Assembly: GCF_016433145.1 (NCBI RefSeq)
Contig: NC_058131.1
Location: 569,026,446-569,090,445, forward strand
Length of the DNA: 64,000 nt
From: Gracilinanus agilis
Taxonomy: Eukaryota
Direction of reading: 5' to 3'
Shown here piece by piece: positions 23,401-35,785 of this stretch. The position numbers and the translations under genes were made by a program. Position 1 is the stretch's first letter. Every line of letters starts with the position of its first letter. The notes under the pieces were generated by a model that saw nothing but the letters and a program-made list of their open reading frames with translations, did no database searches and was not told where the DNA came from.

Positions 23401-24660
23401 TGAAAGAGGTGGTGTCAGTCAAGGCTTGAGTTAGCAGCCCAGTGGTGAGATGAGAGGTGATAAATTATCCTAGAAAGGGCATCACATCCTATGAATTTGA
23501 AACCAGGCAGAGCAAATGCAAAGTGAAACAATGCTGATTATGAGAGCTGGCATTTATATAGTACCTGCTATGTGCCAGGAATTGTATTAAACATTTTATA
23601 AATATCATCTCATTTGATTCTTACAAAGTATTTAGGGCATAAGTTATTGTTCCCTTTTGCAGATGCCACTTGAACTTGGGTTTGAGAAATTTAAGTGACT
23701 TCAAAATCACATGATACATTAGAGGTAAAACCAGGCTGTTGAGTCAGAACTCACCAGTTTCTGAAATTGTAGAAGTTGGGCTTTGGCCATTACATCAAGT
23801 AGTATCAGAGTAGGAACTCATAAATTGATGAGAGGGGAAACCTGTAATGCACAGAACTCAGGGTGCAGATAACCAAAGATTCTCAGGTTTTCTTTCTTAT
23901 CCAAATTGCTTCAGTGATTTTGTTCACTGAATTCAGAAAAAATGTAAATGGAGATGACCTCTGAAAACAAAAAATACAATGTGTTTGTGTAGGATTTTTT
24001 TCAAAATACTTTTATATTTCATTCAATAAAGGGAAGAATGAATGAATGAAAAGTTGTTATTAGGCGCTTATTTATTATGTGCTAAACACTATGCCAAAAG
24101 CTGGAAATAAAAATATAAAAGTGAACTAGTCCCTGACCTCAAGAAGTTTTCAGACTTATATATCATTTGGGCATAGTGCCAAGTATTATACCCATTTTAC
24201 AGATAATGAAATTGAGGCTGAGAAGTTAAGTGACTTGCTCAGCATCATAGGAGAAAGTTCCTGGCAGAGCCAGAATTAGGACTAGGGTATCTTGGCTCTA
24301 AACCCAGGGCTCTGTGAGGAGACCCAAGAAGTGTAAAGTATAAACTAGTATAAAATGCAGCCACTTCTACCTGAACCAATTTTTCTTTTAAATATTCCTA
24401 AGCAAGGAAGATCAGACCAGACTTCCGGGTATCAGGAATTCTGGAGTATTCAACAAGGCCAAGCTTTTCTGCAGCCTGGTGGATGGGACATTCCAAAAAA
24501 GTCCCAGGCTTCCAGTTCTGCACATGCACGCATGCACGCACACACACCTTTGATCAGTTCTTCTCTTAAAGCCGTAACCCATTTCTTCCTCCTAATGTCC
24601 TATCCCACAAACCAAGTTTATTCTTGGTACCCTTCTTCTCCAACAATCTGTTTAACAGGC

Positions 24661-24847
24661 TTTTTTTTTTAAACCCTTACCATCAGTCTTATAATCAATA
24701 TCATGTATTGGATCCAAGGTAGAAGAATGGTAAGGGCTAGGCAATGGGGGTTAAGTGATAGCTAGGAAGTGTCTAAAACCAGATTTGAACCCAGGACCTC
24801 CCGTCTCTAGTCCTGGTTCTCAGTCCACTGAGCCACCGAGCTGCCCC
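24661..24847 (-). mobile_element. SINE1-type SINE with TSD
   Basis: Flanked by tttaacaggctttt / tttaataggctttt. Confidence 0.85.
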
Positions 24848-25522
24848 TTTAATAGGCTTTTTAAAAGGCTCTTTTATAGGGGGTGTTATTGAATCTACTA
24901 CAGTATTCTCTCAGAGGTGGTAGACAATTCCCAGTGTTGACTGATAAGGACTTGATAGAAAAGAAGTGCATTTTTATTAGGAATTCTTCGATTATTTTAA
25001 GTAGGGGAGGAGGGACTTCCAAAACCCCTCGAATGAAGCTCTAAAGATATACAGTTTCTGGCATTGTGATAGGTCTTAGAGAAGATATTTTTAGCACCCT
25101 TCAAATTCCACCACATAGGCAACTAGCTGTTCTACCCGCCCTTTAAATGCTTTCCCTAACACTAAGATGTTAGCTTCTCAAATATCCAATTGGCCTAGTA
25201 ACCTAAGAGAAGAAACTATACAGACCAGTGGGAAATCTAGGCTTTTGGCTCTGGCCAGAGGGAAAATATGAGCCTGAACATGTCTATCCTTGGCTGAGCC
25301 AACAGCTCCCATCTTTATTGGAAATGACTGAGAGATGCACTCTTGCAGTGAATTCCTGAAAAGATATTAAAGGATTCAGAAACTGATTCCATTTGGGACT
25401 TGACTAAAGTCCCCAAAAGCTCTTAAATAATGCTAAGTACAATAAAAGGGACTCTTTCCCTACAGAAGGAACAAGAAGGACAACAGAGAAGTGGAGAAGT
25501 GGTTACAATAATAATACAAATA

Positions 25523-25723
25523 GGGGGCAGCTGGGTAGCTCAGTGGATTGAGAACCAGGCCTAGAGACGGGAGGTCCTAGGTTCAAATCTGGCCTCAGAC
25601 ACTTCCCAGCTGTGTGACCCTGGGCAAGTTATTTGACCCCCATTGCCTAGCCCTTACCACTCTTCTGCCTTGGAGTCAATACACAGTATAACTCCAAGAT
25701 GGAAGGTAAGGGTTTAAAAAAAA
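25523..25723 (+). mobile_element. Young SINE1-type SINE
   Basis: Near-consensus gggggcagctgggtagctcagtggattgaga...ggaaggtaagggtttaaaaaaa. Confidence 0.92.
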
Positions 25724-25725
25724 TC

Positions 25726-26002
25726 TTCACTTCCTAGCTATGTGACCCTGGGCAAGTCACTTAACTCTGTTTACCTCAGTTTCCTCATCTGTCGAATGAG
25801 CTAGAAAAGGAAATGGCCAACCATATACTACTGTGTGACCCTGGGCAAGTCACTTAATCCTAGATGCCTCGGTTTCCTCATCTGTCAAATGAGCTGGAGA
25901 AGGAAATGGCAAACCACTCTAGTATCTTTGCCAAGAAAACCCCAAATAGGGTCATGAAGAGTTGGACATGATTGAAAATGACTGAACAACAACAACAGCA
26001 AT
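25726..26002 (+). mobile_element. Mar1-type SINE, 5'-truncated, with duplicated core segment
   Basis: Two successive gaccctgggcaagtcactt...gaaggaaatggc units, then RTE-like tail and (caa)n. Confidence 0.8.
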
Positions 26003-26789
26003 CTTGGAAAGGCACTAGCAAGTGAAGGAGTGGTGGAATAAAGCCTTCATGTAGAAAATGGGCACTTGAATAGAAATAAAATGATAATGCATTCCTGGAA
26101 GGGGGTAGCTGCCTTTGCAAAGGCATGAAGATAGAAGATGGATTGCCATATGAGTATCAACTACCTGAAATCTCTGAGCCCTTACCCTGTTCTTATTAGC
26201 AGTTTCTAACCACTCCTGTTCCCAGAGATAATCCCAAGAACACTTCTGTAATGCTCCCTTTCTGTGGTTCCACTGTTCTGTGTATCCAGACTAAATGCCC
26301 TCCTTCTGTTTCCTATGACTATGCCCCAGAAGAATCTCCTTCTCCTCTCCCTCCCCTGCATCCCTGCCTGAGTAAGGCAGCACATGCATGCATTATCCTT
26401 GACTCTGAATAAATGCTTCATTTATTTACTGATTACCTATCTGGTCTAAGTTTTTGTATAGGTGGATAAGTTAAGGCTTGCAAAAATCTTTTGGTAACTC
26501 ATTTGACCCTCACTTCAACCTTGAGAAGGAGTTGCTACTCTTATCCCCACTTAATAGATGAGAAAACTGAGGCAGACAACGATTAAGTGACTTGCTCTGA
26601 TAGTAAGAGTCTGAGGCTAGATTTGAACTTAGATCTACTCAGTGCTCTATCTACCTCACTACTTAGCTGAGGGAGGGATGAGATGGGGTAGGGTGTAAGA
26701 GTAGGAATAGGAAGGTAGGAAGTAGAACCAAGCTTCCTCATCTCACAATTACAAGCAGCAAGATCTGGTGACTAAGCCCTATTCACACC

Positions 26790-26920
26790 AGGACATGTTT
26801 GTTTATGTTTTTTAACTTTTATTCTATTTTATTTTTTCTACTTATGAGCATTTTTTCCTCCCTCTCATCTCCCCTCAAAATAAAAAAAAGAAAACCTTTG
26901 TAACAAATATGCAGAGCCAC
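26790..26920 (-). mobile_element. Old L1 3' fragment (left part; continues at 28057-28185)
   Basis: Joining across the LTR gives gaaaacctttgtaacaaatatgcagagccac-acaaaacaaattttcacattgaccatgtcc, matching 9240-9300. Confidence 0.55.
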
Positions 26921-28056
26921 TGTTATCAAAAAGTTGGTAATCTAGACAGGTCTCAGGCAATTTGGGTAGTGAGGAGGGATAAAAGGTGATATAGGAGATT
27001 TGGAAGGGGAATTAAGGGGATAGCTGAGTGTAGTGAAGGGATGAATGAGGTGGTATATAGGAAGGTAAGGGAATGACAGGGAGTATACAGGAGGGCAGCT
27101 TAAACAGACTTATTCACCAAGGCTAGAGACAGTGGATATTGAGGAAATAGGCTGAGGTTCTTCAATCAGGGAAGGTATCTCTAAGGTACAGGGGGATTGG
27201 GCCAGTAAGAAATGTTTTATATCTGGCTAGAGGACTTCTCTTGTTAATTTCTAAGTCCTTTGTGGGAGGAGACAAAAGGGCTCCTCCCTGCCAGTGAAAC
27301 TGATGGCTGTAGGAAGTCTCAGGTAGGTACTTCCTGCCAAGATAGATGCCTGCAGTTCCCTCGAGAAATAAAAAGAAATAATTCCTTCCCTCTTCAGCCC
27401 TTGCCTTAATTTTCGATACAGTGATTCACCAGAGACTTTGAGTAGATAACAAAGGGGATTTATTAATGTCAGGGATAATCAGAAGGAGAGAGGGGTTTAG
27501 GGTTTTGTAACAGCCGCTAGGGAGAAAGCTGATGATGGGGGAAGGGTCACAGGAGGTGGTTAGACTGAGAGAGCCTGCTCTCCCAGTCAGGAAGGTTTGA
27601 CTGTCTTAAAGTGAAGTATTTACTAAATCAATAAAATAAGGGATAGCTTGATTTAAGGATGTCCTACTTGCCTATAGAAAACTAAAACCAAGATGTCCAA
27701 CCACCAAGCCCACCCTTCCTCCCAGGGCCCAAAGGGAAATTCAAGGCAATAGCAGGGATTTAATACGGAGAGATCAGGGAGAGGACCAGAGAAATCAGCT
27801 AGGTCCAAATGTCCCAAAAGACAAAACACAGGCCAAGGCAGAGCCAAAAGCCAAACCAACAGGCAAAGCCAAAGCCAGAAAGCAAAAGCCCCCAGGCCAA
27901 ACAAGAGCCAGAAGGCAAAAGCCCCGTCAGTTGGACTTCAGCCCTATTTATATCCTCCAACTGACTTTCTGAAGATTCTAAGACCTCCAACTGCCTTTTT
28001 GTGACAGTTTGAAATTGCAGAAGCATAAAGGCTTCTGATAGCAATCTTGCATTACA
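26921..28056 (-). mobile_element. Solo LTR, 1136 bp (ERV1-like by 4-bp TSD)
   Basis: TGTTAT...ATTACA termini; TSD CCAC at 26917-26920 and 28057-28060; minus-strand TATAAATA at 27946-27953 and AATAAA at 27459-27464. Confidence 0.8.
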
Positions 28057-28184
28057 CCACACAAAACAAATTTTCACATTGACCATGTCCAGAAATGCAC
28101 ATCATACAAAGACACAGCATTTGAAAAGTATTATGGTCTATCAGGGGCCCTTCCCCAAATATAAGCCCCTGCTGCCTCTTTCTC

Positions 28185-28375
28185 TTTTTTCCCAAACCCT
28201 TACCTTCCACCTTAGAATCAGTACTAAGTATTGATTCCATCAGTAAGGGCTAGACAATTGGGGTTAAGTGACTTGCCCAGGATCACACAGCTAGAAAGTG
28301 TCTGAGGTCAAACTTGAACCCAAGACCTCTTCTCTCCAGGCCTGGCTGTCTATCCACTGAGCCACCTAGCTTCCC
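28185..28375 (-). mobile_element. SINE1-type SINE
   Basis: aaacccttaccttccaccttagaatc...ttaagtgacttgcccagg...ctatccactgagccacctagcttccc. Confidence 0.85.
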
Positions 28376-28591
28376 TGATGCTTCTCTTTCTATATTACAT
28401 TATACATTCTATATACATTATACAAGTGAAGCTTTTTTAGTCTCCAGGAATTCCTTAGTAAAATTTAAGAGCTCCTAAGGGAGAGAGAAGAGAAGAGTGT
28501 GATTGAAAGAGCTCATAAAGGTGTGTGGGGAGGGGTAACTAGGTAGTGCAATAGATAAGAGTGCTAGTCCTGGAGCCAGGAAGACTCATCT

Positions 28592-28834
28592 NNNNNNNNN
28601 NNNNNNNNNNNNNNNNNNNNNNNNNNNNNNNNNNNNNNNNNNNNNNNNNNNNNNNNNNNNNNNNNNNNNNNNNNNNNNNNNNNNNNNNNNNNNNNNNNNN
28701 NNNNNNNNNNNNNNNNNNNNNNNNNNNNNNNNNNNNNNNNNNNNNNNNNNNNNNNNNNNNNNNNNNNNNNNNNNNNNNNNNNNNNNNNNNNNNNNNNNNN
28801 NNNNNNNNNNNNNNNNNNNNNNNNNNNNNNNNNN
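28592..28834. other. Assembly gap (243 N)
   Basis: Run of N, preceded by a SINE head cut off at the gap. Confidence 1.
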
Positions 28835-29454
28835 AAGGGAGGAGGGAAGAAAGGCAGGCTTCATCTGTTTTAGGAGGGATGAACTCAGAATGGGGACTGG
28901 AAGGAGAGGTGCTGTGATGATCTGAGCTTGGAGGGCTCCAAAGCTTTGCCTACTTCATATTTATGTTTAAGACAATGATGCATCCTGTATGGCCTGAAAC
29001 TGACCTAATCATCAGCTTGTTTAGAAAAATGATCCTTTTCCCAACCAATTAATCATTAGCATCTGGGACAAAATCCATCCTCATAAAACAAACTTCCTTC
29101 TTCTGATGAGTCTGTGTGATAATAGAGATTTATGGATCGTGGGTGAATAAACATAGTTGAGTCTGAGTTAAGCTCGTGGTTAAAAGGAAATTACTTAACA
29201 ACTTCACGGCTAATGGCCAAATTGCAACACATACACCCAAGCCTTAAACTCTCCCATTGCAATCTGTAACCAACAGAATATTACAACCAAAAAGAACCTT
29301 GAAAACAATTTTATTCAAACTAACCCTTCTTGTTTGTCATTTAAAATTCTTCACACTCTGGTCCCAAACTGCCTCTTTAGTCTTATTAGACTAGATGTAC
29401 ATTGTGATTTAGCCAAACTGACCTTCTTAATATTTCTCACGTATGCAACTTGGT

Positions 29455-29700
29455 GGCACAAAGTCTTTGTGTTCTGGACCTAGAGTCAGAAAGACCTTAG
29501 TTCAAGTGTAACTTCAGACATTTATTAGCTGTATGACCCTGGGCAAGTCACTTAACTTGTCTATCAGTTTCCTCATCCATAAAGTTAGGCAAATGGCAGC
29601 ACCTACCTCCCAGAGTTGCTTTGAAGATCAAATGAGATAATACTTGTAAAGGCTTAGCACAGGGCCTGGCAATTAATAAATGCTCGTTTCTTTCCTTCTT
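29455..29700 (+). mobile_element. MIR-type SINE
   Basis: gaccctgggcaagtcacttaac...cacctacctccca...gatcaaatgagataatacttgtaaag. Confidence 0.75.
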
Positions 29701-29825
29701 TCCCCACTCAGTAAGTGTTCCTGTGTAGGAATCCCCAAAGAGGAGGTTATAACCAACAGGGTGATGAAGCCTGATGAAATTGATTATAGACTCAACAGAA
29801 TTAGAAGGGAGAAATCTTTTAGACC

Positions 29826-30452
29826 AAAGATGTCAATCTCTTTGACTTGGGATCTGTAAAAGAGTAAGCCCAAACCAAATTAAAATGTAATTGGGGGGAG
29901 GGGGGTTGCAGCTGTGTAGCTCAGTGGATTGAGAACCAGGCCCAGAGATGGGAGGTCCTGGGTTCAAATCTGGCCTCAGACACTTCCCAGCTGTGTGACC
30001 CTGGGCAAGTCACTTGACCCCCATTGCCTACCCTTACCACTCTTCTGCCTTGGAACCAATACACAGTATTGATTCTAAGGTGTAAGGTAAGGGTTTAAAA
30101 AAAACATAATGGGGTTAGAGGGTAGAGAGGCCTAGATGGCTCTTTGGATAGTTCTCTAAGCCAGGCTTAGAGATGAAAAGTCCTAGGTTCAAATATTTTC
30201 TAACTATGTGACCCTGGGCAAGTCACTTAACCCCAATTGCCTAGCCCTTACTTCTCTTCTGTCTTGGAAATTATACTTAATATTGATTCTAAGACAGAAG
30301 GTAAGGGTTTTTTTAATGTGATTGGGAAATGTTTTTCAAAAATAAATTAAAATACAATATAACATAGATGACGTTCATTTTTGGTTTTCCAAATCACTAT
30401 GTGGCCCACAGCAACACATTCCTCACATTCCTATTTCATTTTAACACCACTG
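29826..30452. mobile_element. hAT-type MITE split by two tandem SINE1-type insertions (about 29896-30105 and 30110-30313)
   Basis: Right end cattttaacaccactg; degenerate left end ccaaagatgtcaatctc; aatgtaattggg / aatgtgattggg duplicated around the SINE pair. Confidence 0.6.
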
Positions 30453-32968
30453 ACCTAGTCTGACTTTCCCATTTTATAGCCTTAGAAATCAAGTTCCAGA
30501 GAAGTTAAACTGCTTACCCAAAGTTATACAAGTTGTTAGATCTGGGATCTGAACTCATGCCGTCTAATTCCAAATCTGGTGTTGCTGGGGGATTTTTTTT
30601 CCTATCCTGAGTCAGAAATCTCTGTAATCCACACTTTACTCTTGACTACCTGCCCTTACTACTCAATGACATCTCACACAAAGTGTAGCAAAGGAAACAT
30701 CATCCTTCTCTTAATGCAGCCTAAGATTGCATTCACTCTCTTGGCTTCTGTCAGTCTGTCCATTATATGAAACTAGTCCTCAGATCTTTTTTCAGAGGAA
30801 CTGATATCTAGCCATGTCCACCACCTTGTGAGTGTCAGTTTGGGGTAGTAAATGGAACGCTACAACTGGGAAGATCTGGATTCAAGTCTTGTCTGTAACA
30901 TTTACTATGTGACCTCAAGCATATCCCTTAACTTATCTGTGCATCAGTTTCCTCTCCTGTAAAATTATAATAATAATACTTCTAGTACCTGCCGTGTGGA
31001 ATTGTGGTAATGATCAGTTGAAAATATGTATTCATAGTATACTTAGTAATTGTCACTTTTTATTTTTGTACATGTGAGGTTATTTTTATTTTAAGCATAG
31101 GACCTTCTATTTGTCTTGATCAGACTTCATTTTATTAGAGTTGACCCCATATTCTTGCGTGTTGAGATCATTTTAAATTGTAACTTGATCATCCAGTGAA
31201 TTAGATCTTCCTCCCAGCTTTATGCCATGTCCAGATTTGATACATAGGCCATCACTCAGAGCTTCAATCTAATAGCACATTCATGTACAATTTCTTTTTG
31301 TTCCCAAAACTCTGTCTACCATCACCATCTCCTAACCATAGCCCTCTAGGAGAGAGGGCTTAAGTTAGCTAGGGCTGCGCAGCTCCTCATCCTCATCTTC
31401 ATCCTCATCCAGCACATAAAAATCTCTTTATCCTATGTCCTATTCCTTCATGGTTCTGTTCGCTGCTCAATGGCTATCCAGTTTTTTATAAATTCATCTT
31501 GATAAATGGTTAATATATGATTCCTCCCTGAAACACACATCTTTGTTTTGGAAAATGTCTCTTGGAGGCACAATGGCCTTACCCTAAAGAAATACAATTG
31601 GTAGTATTTCAAGCACTAGAGAAGGCTAATGGAAGAACTTTTGGGAGGCAGGGCTACCTTTCCACACTCATCAAATCATTCTACAGGTAGCCAATATAGC
31701 TGGCAGAAAAAAAAAGATATTTGAATCAAAGGAACTGAGTTTGAATTTCTATCCTGGCATTTCCAACCTGTATAACCTCTGGTGAACTGTCTAACCTCTC
31801 TAGATTTCCTCGGTTTCCTATAAAATGAGGGGAAAAGGTAAACCGGGTAATCTCTTAAGTTCTAATCTAACCCTCAGGCCTATGGCTTCATGATTCCAGG
31901 ACTCCATGTGTGTGCAGGACTCCAGACCAGTAACTCAACCTTCTAGAATTTAGAACCCCAAGACAGATGGAATCTGACTGCCTTACTGTAGAACACAGCC
32001 CTCATGCCCTTTGGCTCCCTTTGACTCCAGTTTGAGGACAGAGTGTACATAGTCTTCATTCCTCTTGGTTACCTTTGACCTCAACTTGAAAGCAGAGGAC
32101 ATCCCTTTTATCACTACCAACACACCTAAAATCACTTAGTTCCAGCACCTAGTAAGTGCCCAGTAAAGGTATTTTTTAAAAAAACAGGCATGCTTTTTAA
32201 TGCCTAGATTAGAGATTTAGACCCACTACCAAAGAAAATCACCTACCTCTGCCTCTCTACTTCCATTCATAACATAGCTAATTCAATGATCAGCAAAAGT
32301 CAGGACCAGAAGATTCATTAGGAGTATACATCCTTTCCACTCTCCTCTGAGACAAGCAGGGGAACAGATTCTCAGTACTCTTTGTCAACAAGTCAACCAA
32401 ACAATTTTCCAATTGGTTTTTCTGATGTTTGGCCATAAGAAGTCTCAATTGGGAAAAACTACACAACTGGACATTTCCTGGCCTCACCAGGGGTTTGGGA
32501 AGAGGGAAATTATAGTCGCACAAATCACAGAGCAGCTAAAAACTTTGGGACTTTTAATGCTCTTTCCCAAATGCCAAGGATGGCTATTTTTTGCACATTG
32601 ACACTCCTGACATCCTTTATCAAGACTTTAGCACCCAGTCACCAGCCACTCCCCTATCTTATTTTTCCAAACATAAAATATATGTCTCCTTTGGCAAAGG
32701 TAATGGTGTGAAGTCAATTGAGTTTGTTTTTATTGGCTTCCTATCTCCCTTCAATACTCATGCATACTACCTGGTACCCATTCTCCTCTGGCTCCTGGTA
32801 CTCATCCTCTCTCTAAGTTCTTTCCCCTTCCAAGCTTCCCTTAGTGAGGGGGTTTTGAACATAAGGTCTTTGAACTAAAAAAAATTTAATAACTTTATTT
32901 CCATATAATTGGTTTCCTTTATATTCCTGCATATTTTATTTTACATGTTTGAAAAAAATTATTCTGAG

Positions 32969-33160
32969 AGGCAGCTGGGTAGCTCAATGCATTGAGAGCC
33001 AGGCCTAGAGATGGAAGGTCCTGGGTTCAAATTTGACCTCAGACACTTCCCAACTGTGTAACCCTAGGCAAGTCACTTAACCCCCATTGCCTAGCCCTTA
33101 CCACTCTTTTGTCTTAGAACCAATACATAGTACTGAATCTAAGGCAGAAGGTAAGGGAAA

Positions 33161-33195
<35 letters not shown>
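32969..33195 (+). mobile_element. SINE1-type SINE with (GA)n tail, inserted in a hAT MITE (about 32860-33285)
   Basis: 16-bp TSD aaaaaattattctgag at 32953-32968 and 33196-33211. Confidence 0.9.
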
Positions 33196-33200
<5 letters not shown>

Positions 33201-34519
33201 ATTATTCTGAGAAGGGGCCCACATGTCTTAGCATACTGACAAAGTCTATGACATACAAAAATTAAGGACCCTTGGTCTAAAACAAGAATGTAATGAACTC
33301 AGTTGGTCAAATATGTCAATAATTGATAAAAACTTAAAGTGTTCCCCATCCAAGAAGGATTTGGATTTTAGTGGAGATCAAAGTCTTAAGCTAAAGTAAT
33401 AGGGTGTTACAGTTGAAGTGTCAGCCAGAGGTGAGAGAGGTATTTTTGGCCACAGGAGGGCCCTCCTGGTCTCTACAATCACACAGGGTTAGCAGTAAGG
33501 CTGACTCTGTTCCTGTTGCCAAAGAGACATGTGCTTTGGAAGCAGCATTGCCAGACCCCTTCAAGCCGCCAGCACTTCAGATGGAATTCCCAAACCTCCC
33601 AGGGACTGGGGAGAGTAGAGGTCCCAGCTGGGTTACAAGCTCCTGATCTGAATCAGCCCTTCTTCAGGAGACTCTGCAAGGTTCACAGAGGTATTTGCTG
33701 AGCCAAGAATGTATCTTCAAAGGCCTCTCTCTAAAATGAAGCAGATTGATCCACGGTTGCATCCTCTCACTCGGTGGGCAGAGAGAGGTGAAACTGACTT
33801 TGATGGCTACCTCCCAAAGAGTTTCAGATGGAAGAATGAGAATAGGATCCATCTAGTGTTAGAGGGTATTAGGAGCTTTCTCTTTCCACCCGGTTTTACC
33901 CTATGTGCCTTGGATGATATGAAGACTCTACATTAACCTGGATGAGTATCCTTATAGGATTTCCAGACTGAATATCCTGGATGTAGAAAGCAAAAGTCAT
34001 ACCATCAGAACCAGGGCATCTAGCTCCTAAGTCCAATTATGACACTGTATGACTGTGGGCCAGTCTCTAAACTTCCCTGAACCTCAGTTTCCTTATCTGT
34101 CAAATGGCAATAATAGCTCCTATCCTAAATACCTCAGGAGATTATTATAAGGACAAAATGAGATAATGAATGAAGGACCACCATCCTAAAGGACAAGGGA
34201 TCTTTGGTGTTGTGAAGAGACAGATGATATAGAGGAGAAATCCCTGGATTTAGAGTCAAAGGCTCTGGTTCAAATTCTCTGTTTTGTGACCTTGAGTAAG
34301 TTTTTTCTATCAAATTATATATTTCAAATACAAGAAGTTTGGTCCTAGAGAAGGGTGGAAAAAAATGCATCTGCCCTGAAAGGCATTGTTGTAAAGTGGT
34401 TAGAGAGCTGGCCTCAGAGAGATAAAGACCTGAATTCAAGTCCCAATTCTAATATATACTGGGTATGTGACCCTGGGCAAGTCAATGTCCCAAGAACTTC
34501 ATTAAAACCATAAGAAGTA

Positions 34520-34643
34520 TTCAGGTCCGGCCTCGGACGCTTCCCAGCTGTGTGACCCTGGGCAAGTCACTTAACCCCCATTGCCCACCCTTACCACTCT
34601 TCCACCAAGGAACCAATACACAGAAGTTAAGGGTTAAAAAAAA
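34520..34643 (+). mobile_element. 5'-truncated young SINE (short-tail variant) with 16-bp TSD
   Basis: TSD aaaaccataagaagta at 34504-34519 and 34644-34659; CpGs retained (ccggcctcggacgc). Confidence 0.9.
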
Positions 34644-35640
34644 AAAACCATAAGAAGTAAAGCAGGAGCCAAAGTGCACTGATTAAGTTTCCTAATTATA
34701 CCAATATCAGTTCCTTCCCCAGGGCCTTATCATGGAATCTTTTTCCCCTTAGACATTTCCCTTTGTGTTTATTTTAACCTGATTTCATATGGATCCAAAG
34801 AATTTGGGCAAGGGTAAAAAGGAAATAAGGGGAGTTTGCCTTGCCCCAGGTTTATGCATTCTGCTCCATCCCAATTCTCATAGCCCTGCATAGAAACTCT
34901 TCTGTTGGCAACTAGAGTTGAATTTATCACCTAAATCATTGAAATTGATACAACCCAAAACACAGATTCTAAACATCTAAACAATAGAAGTGGATGCTTT
35001 AGAGCCTTCCATACTTTGGAAGACATAGTAGTCCCTGCCCTCAGGGAGCCTGCCATCTGCCTGGGATTAAAATCAGACAAAAATGTTGAAGATTCCCACA
35101 AAACAGAAGATGAACATATGGTTGGATTTTTTAACTGCTAAAGGGGGTGTCATTCTGTGTGTAAGGCAATGACAATTATAAGATCATAAGATCAGAGGTC
35201 TAGAGTGAGGAAGGTACCTCAGAGACCTTTTATTCCCACTTCGTTTTTCAAATGAATAAATTGAGACCCAGAGAAGTTAAATTAATTTGCCTAAGGCCAT
35301 AAAAGTAGTTAGCAACTGAATAGGGAAGACTTTCTGAGGAAGTGAGTTTTGAACTTGTTTCATGAAATTTTGCATTTGGCCAGGGACCAGGATTTGTATG
35401 TGGTTTTGGAGGCTGTTATTTACTCATTGTCTTTCTTAAAATTAAGTTTTTAAGATCACCTTGACTTAACATCACATGGCAGGGCAAGAAGACCTCCATT
35501 CAATTAATGACCAGAAATAAGGGTTAAGGGACAAAGAAAAAAAATGAGATGGAGATATTACCATCAATTCATTATTAATTTAAAACCTTTCCCTTTGGAA
35601 ATTACATGGTTTATTTGGAGTCTCCTTTCTTCCTGTTTAG

Positions 35641-35785
35641 GATGGGATTTTGTTGGGAGCTGTTGGTGCATATGACTGGAATGGAGCTGTGCTGAAAGAA
35701 ACCAGTGGTGGAAAAGTGATTCCTCACAGAGAGTCATATCTAAAGGAATTCCCTGAAGAGCTGAAGAACCATGGGGCATATCTGG
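35641..35785 (+). CDS. ITGA11: Integrin alpha-11 exon 11 (145 bp)
   Basis: gtttag|GAT...CTG G|gtatgg; DGILLGAVGAYDWNGAVLKETSGGKVIPHRESYLKEFPEELKNHGAYL(G). Confidence 0.95.

Noticed and set aside
28561-28917. ORFs 28561-28917 (+) and 28586-28864 (-)
   Set aside because: Artefacts of the second N gap.
33404-33936. Cluster of 60-80 aa ORFs in intron 10, possible processed pseudogene
   Set aside because: No recognisable protein similarity, poly(A) tail or TSD; lengths are within chance expectation.
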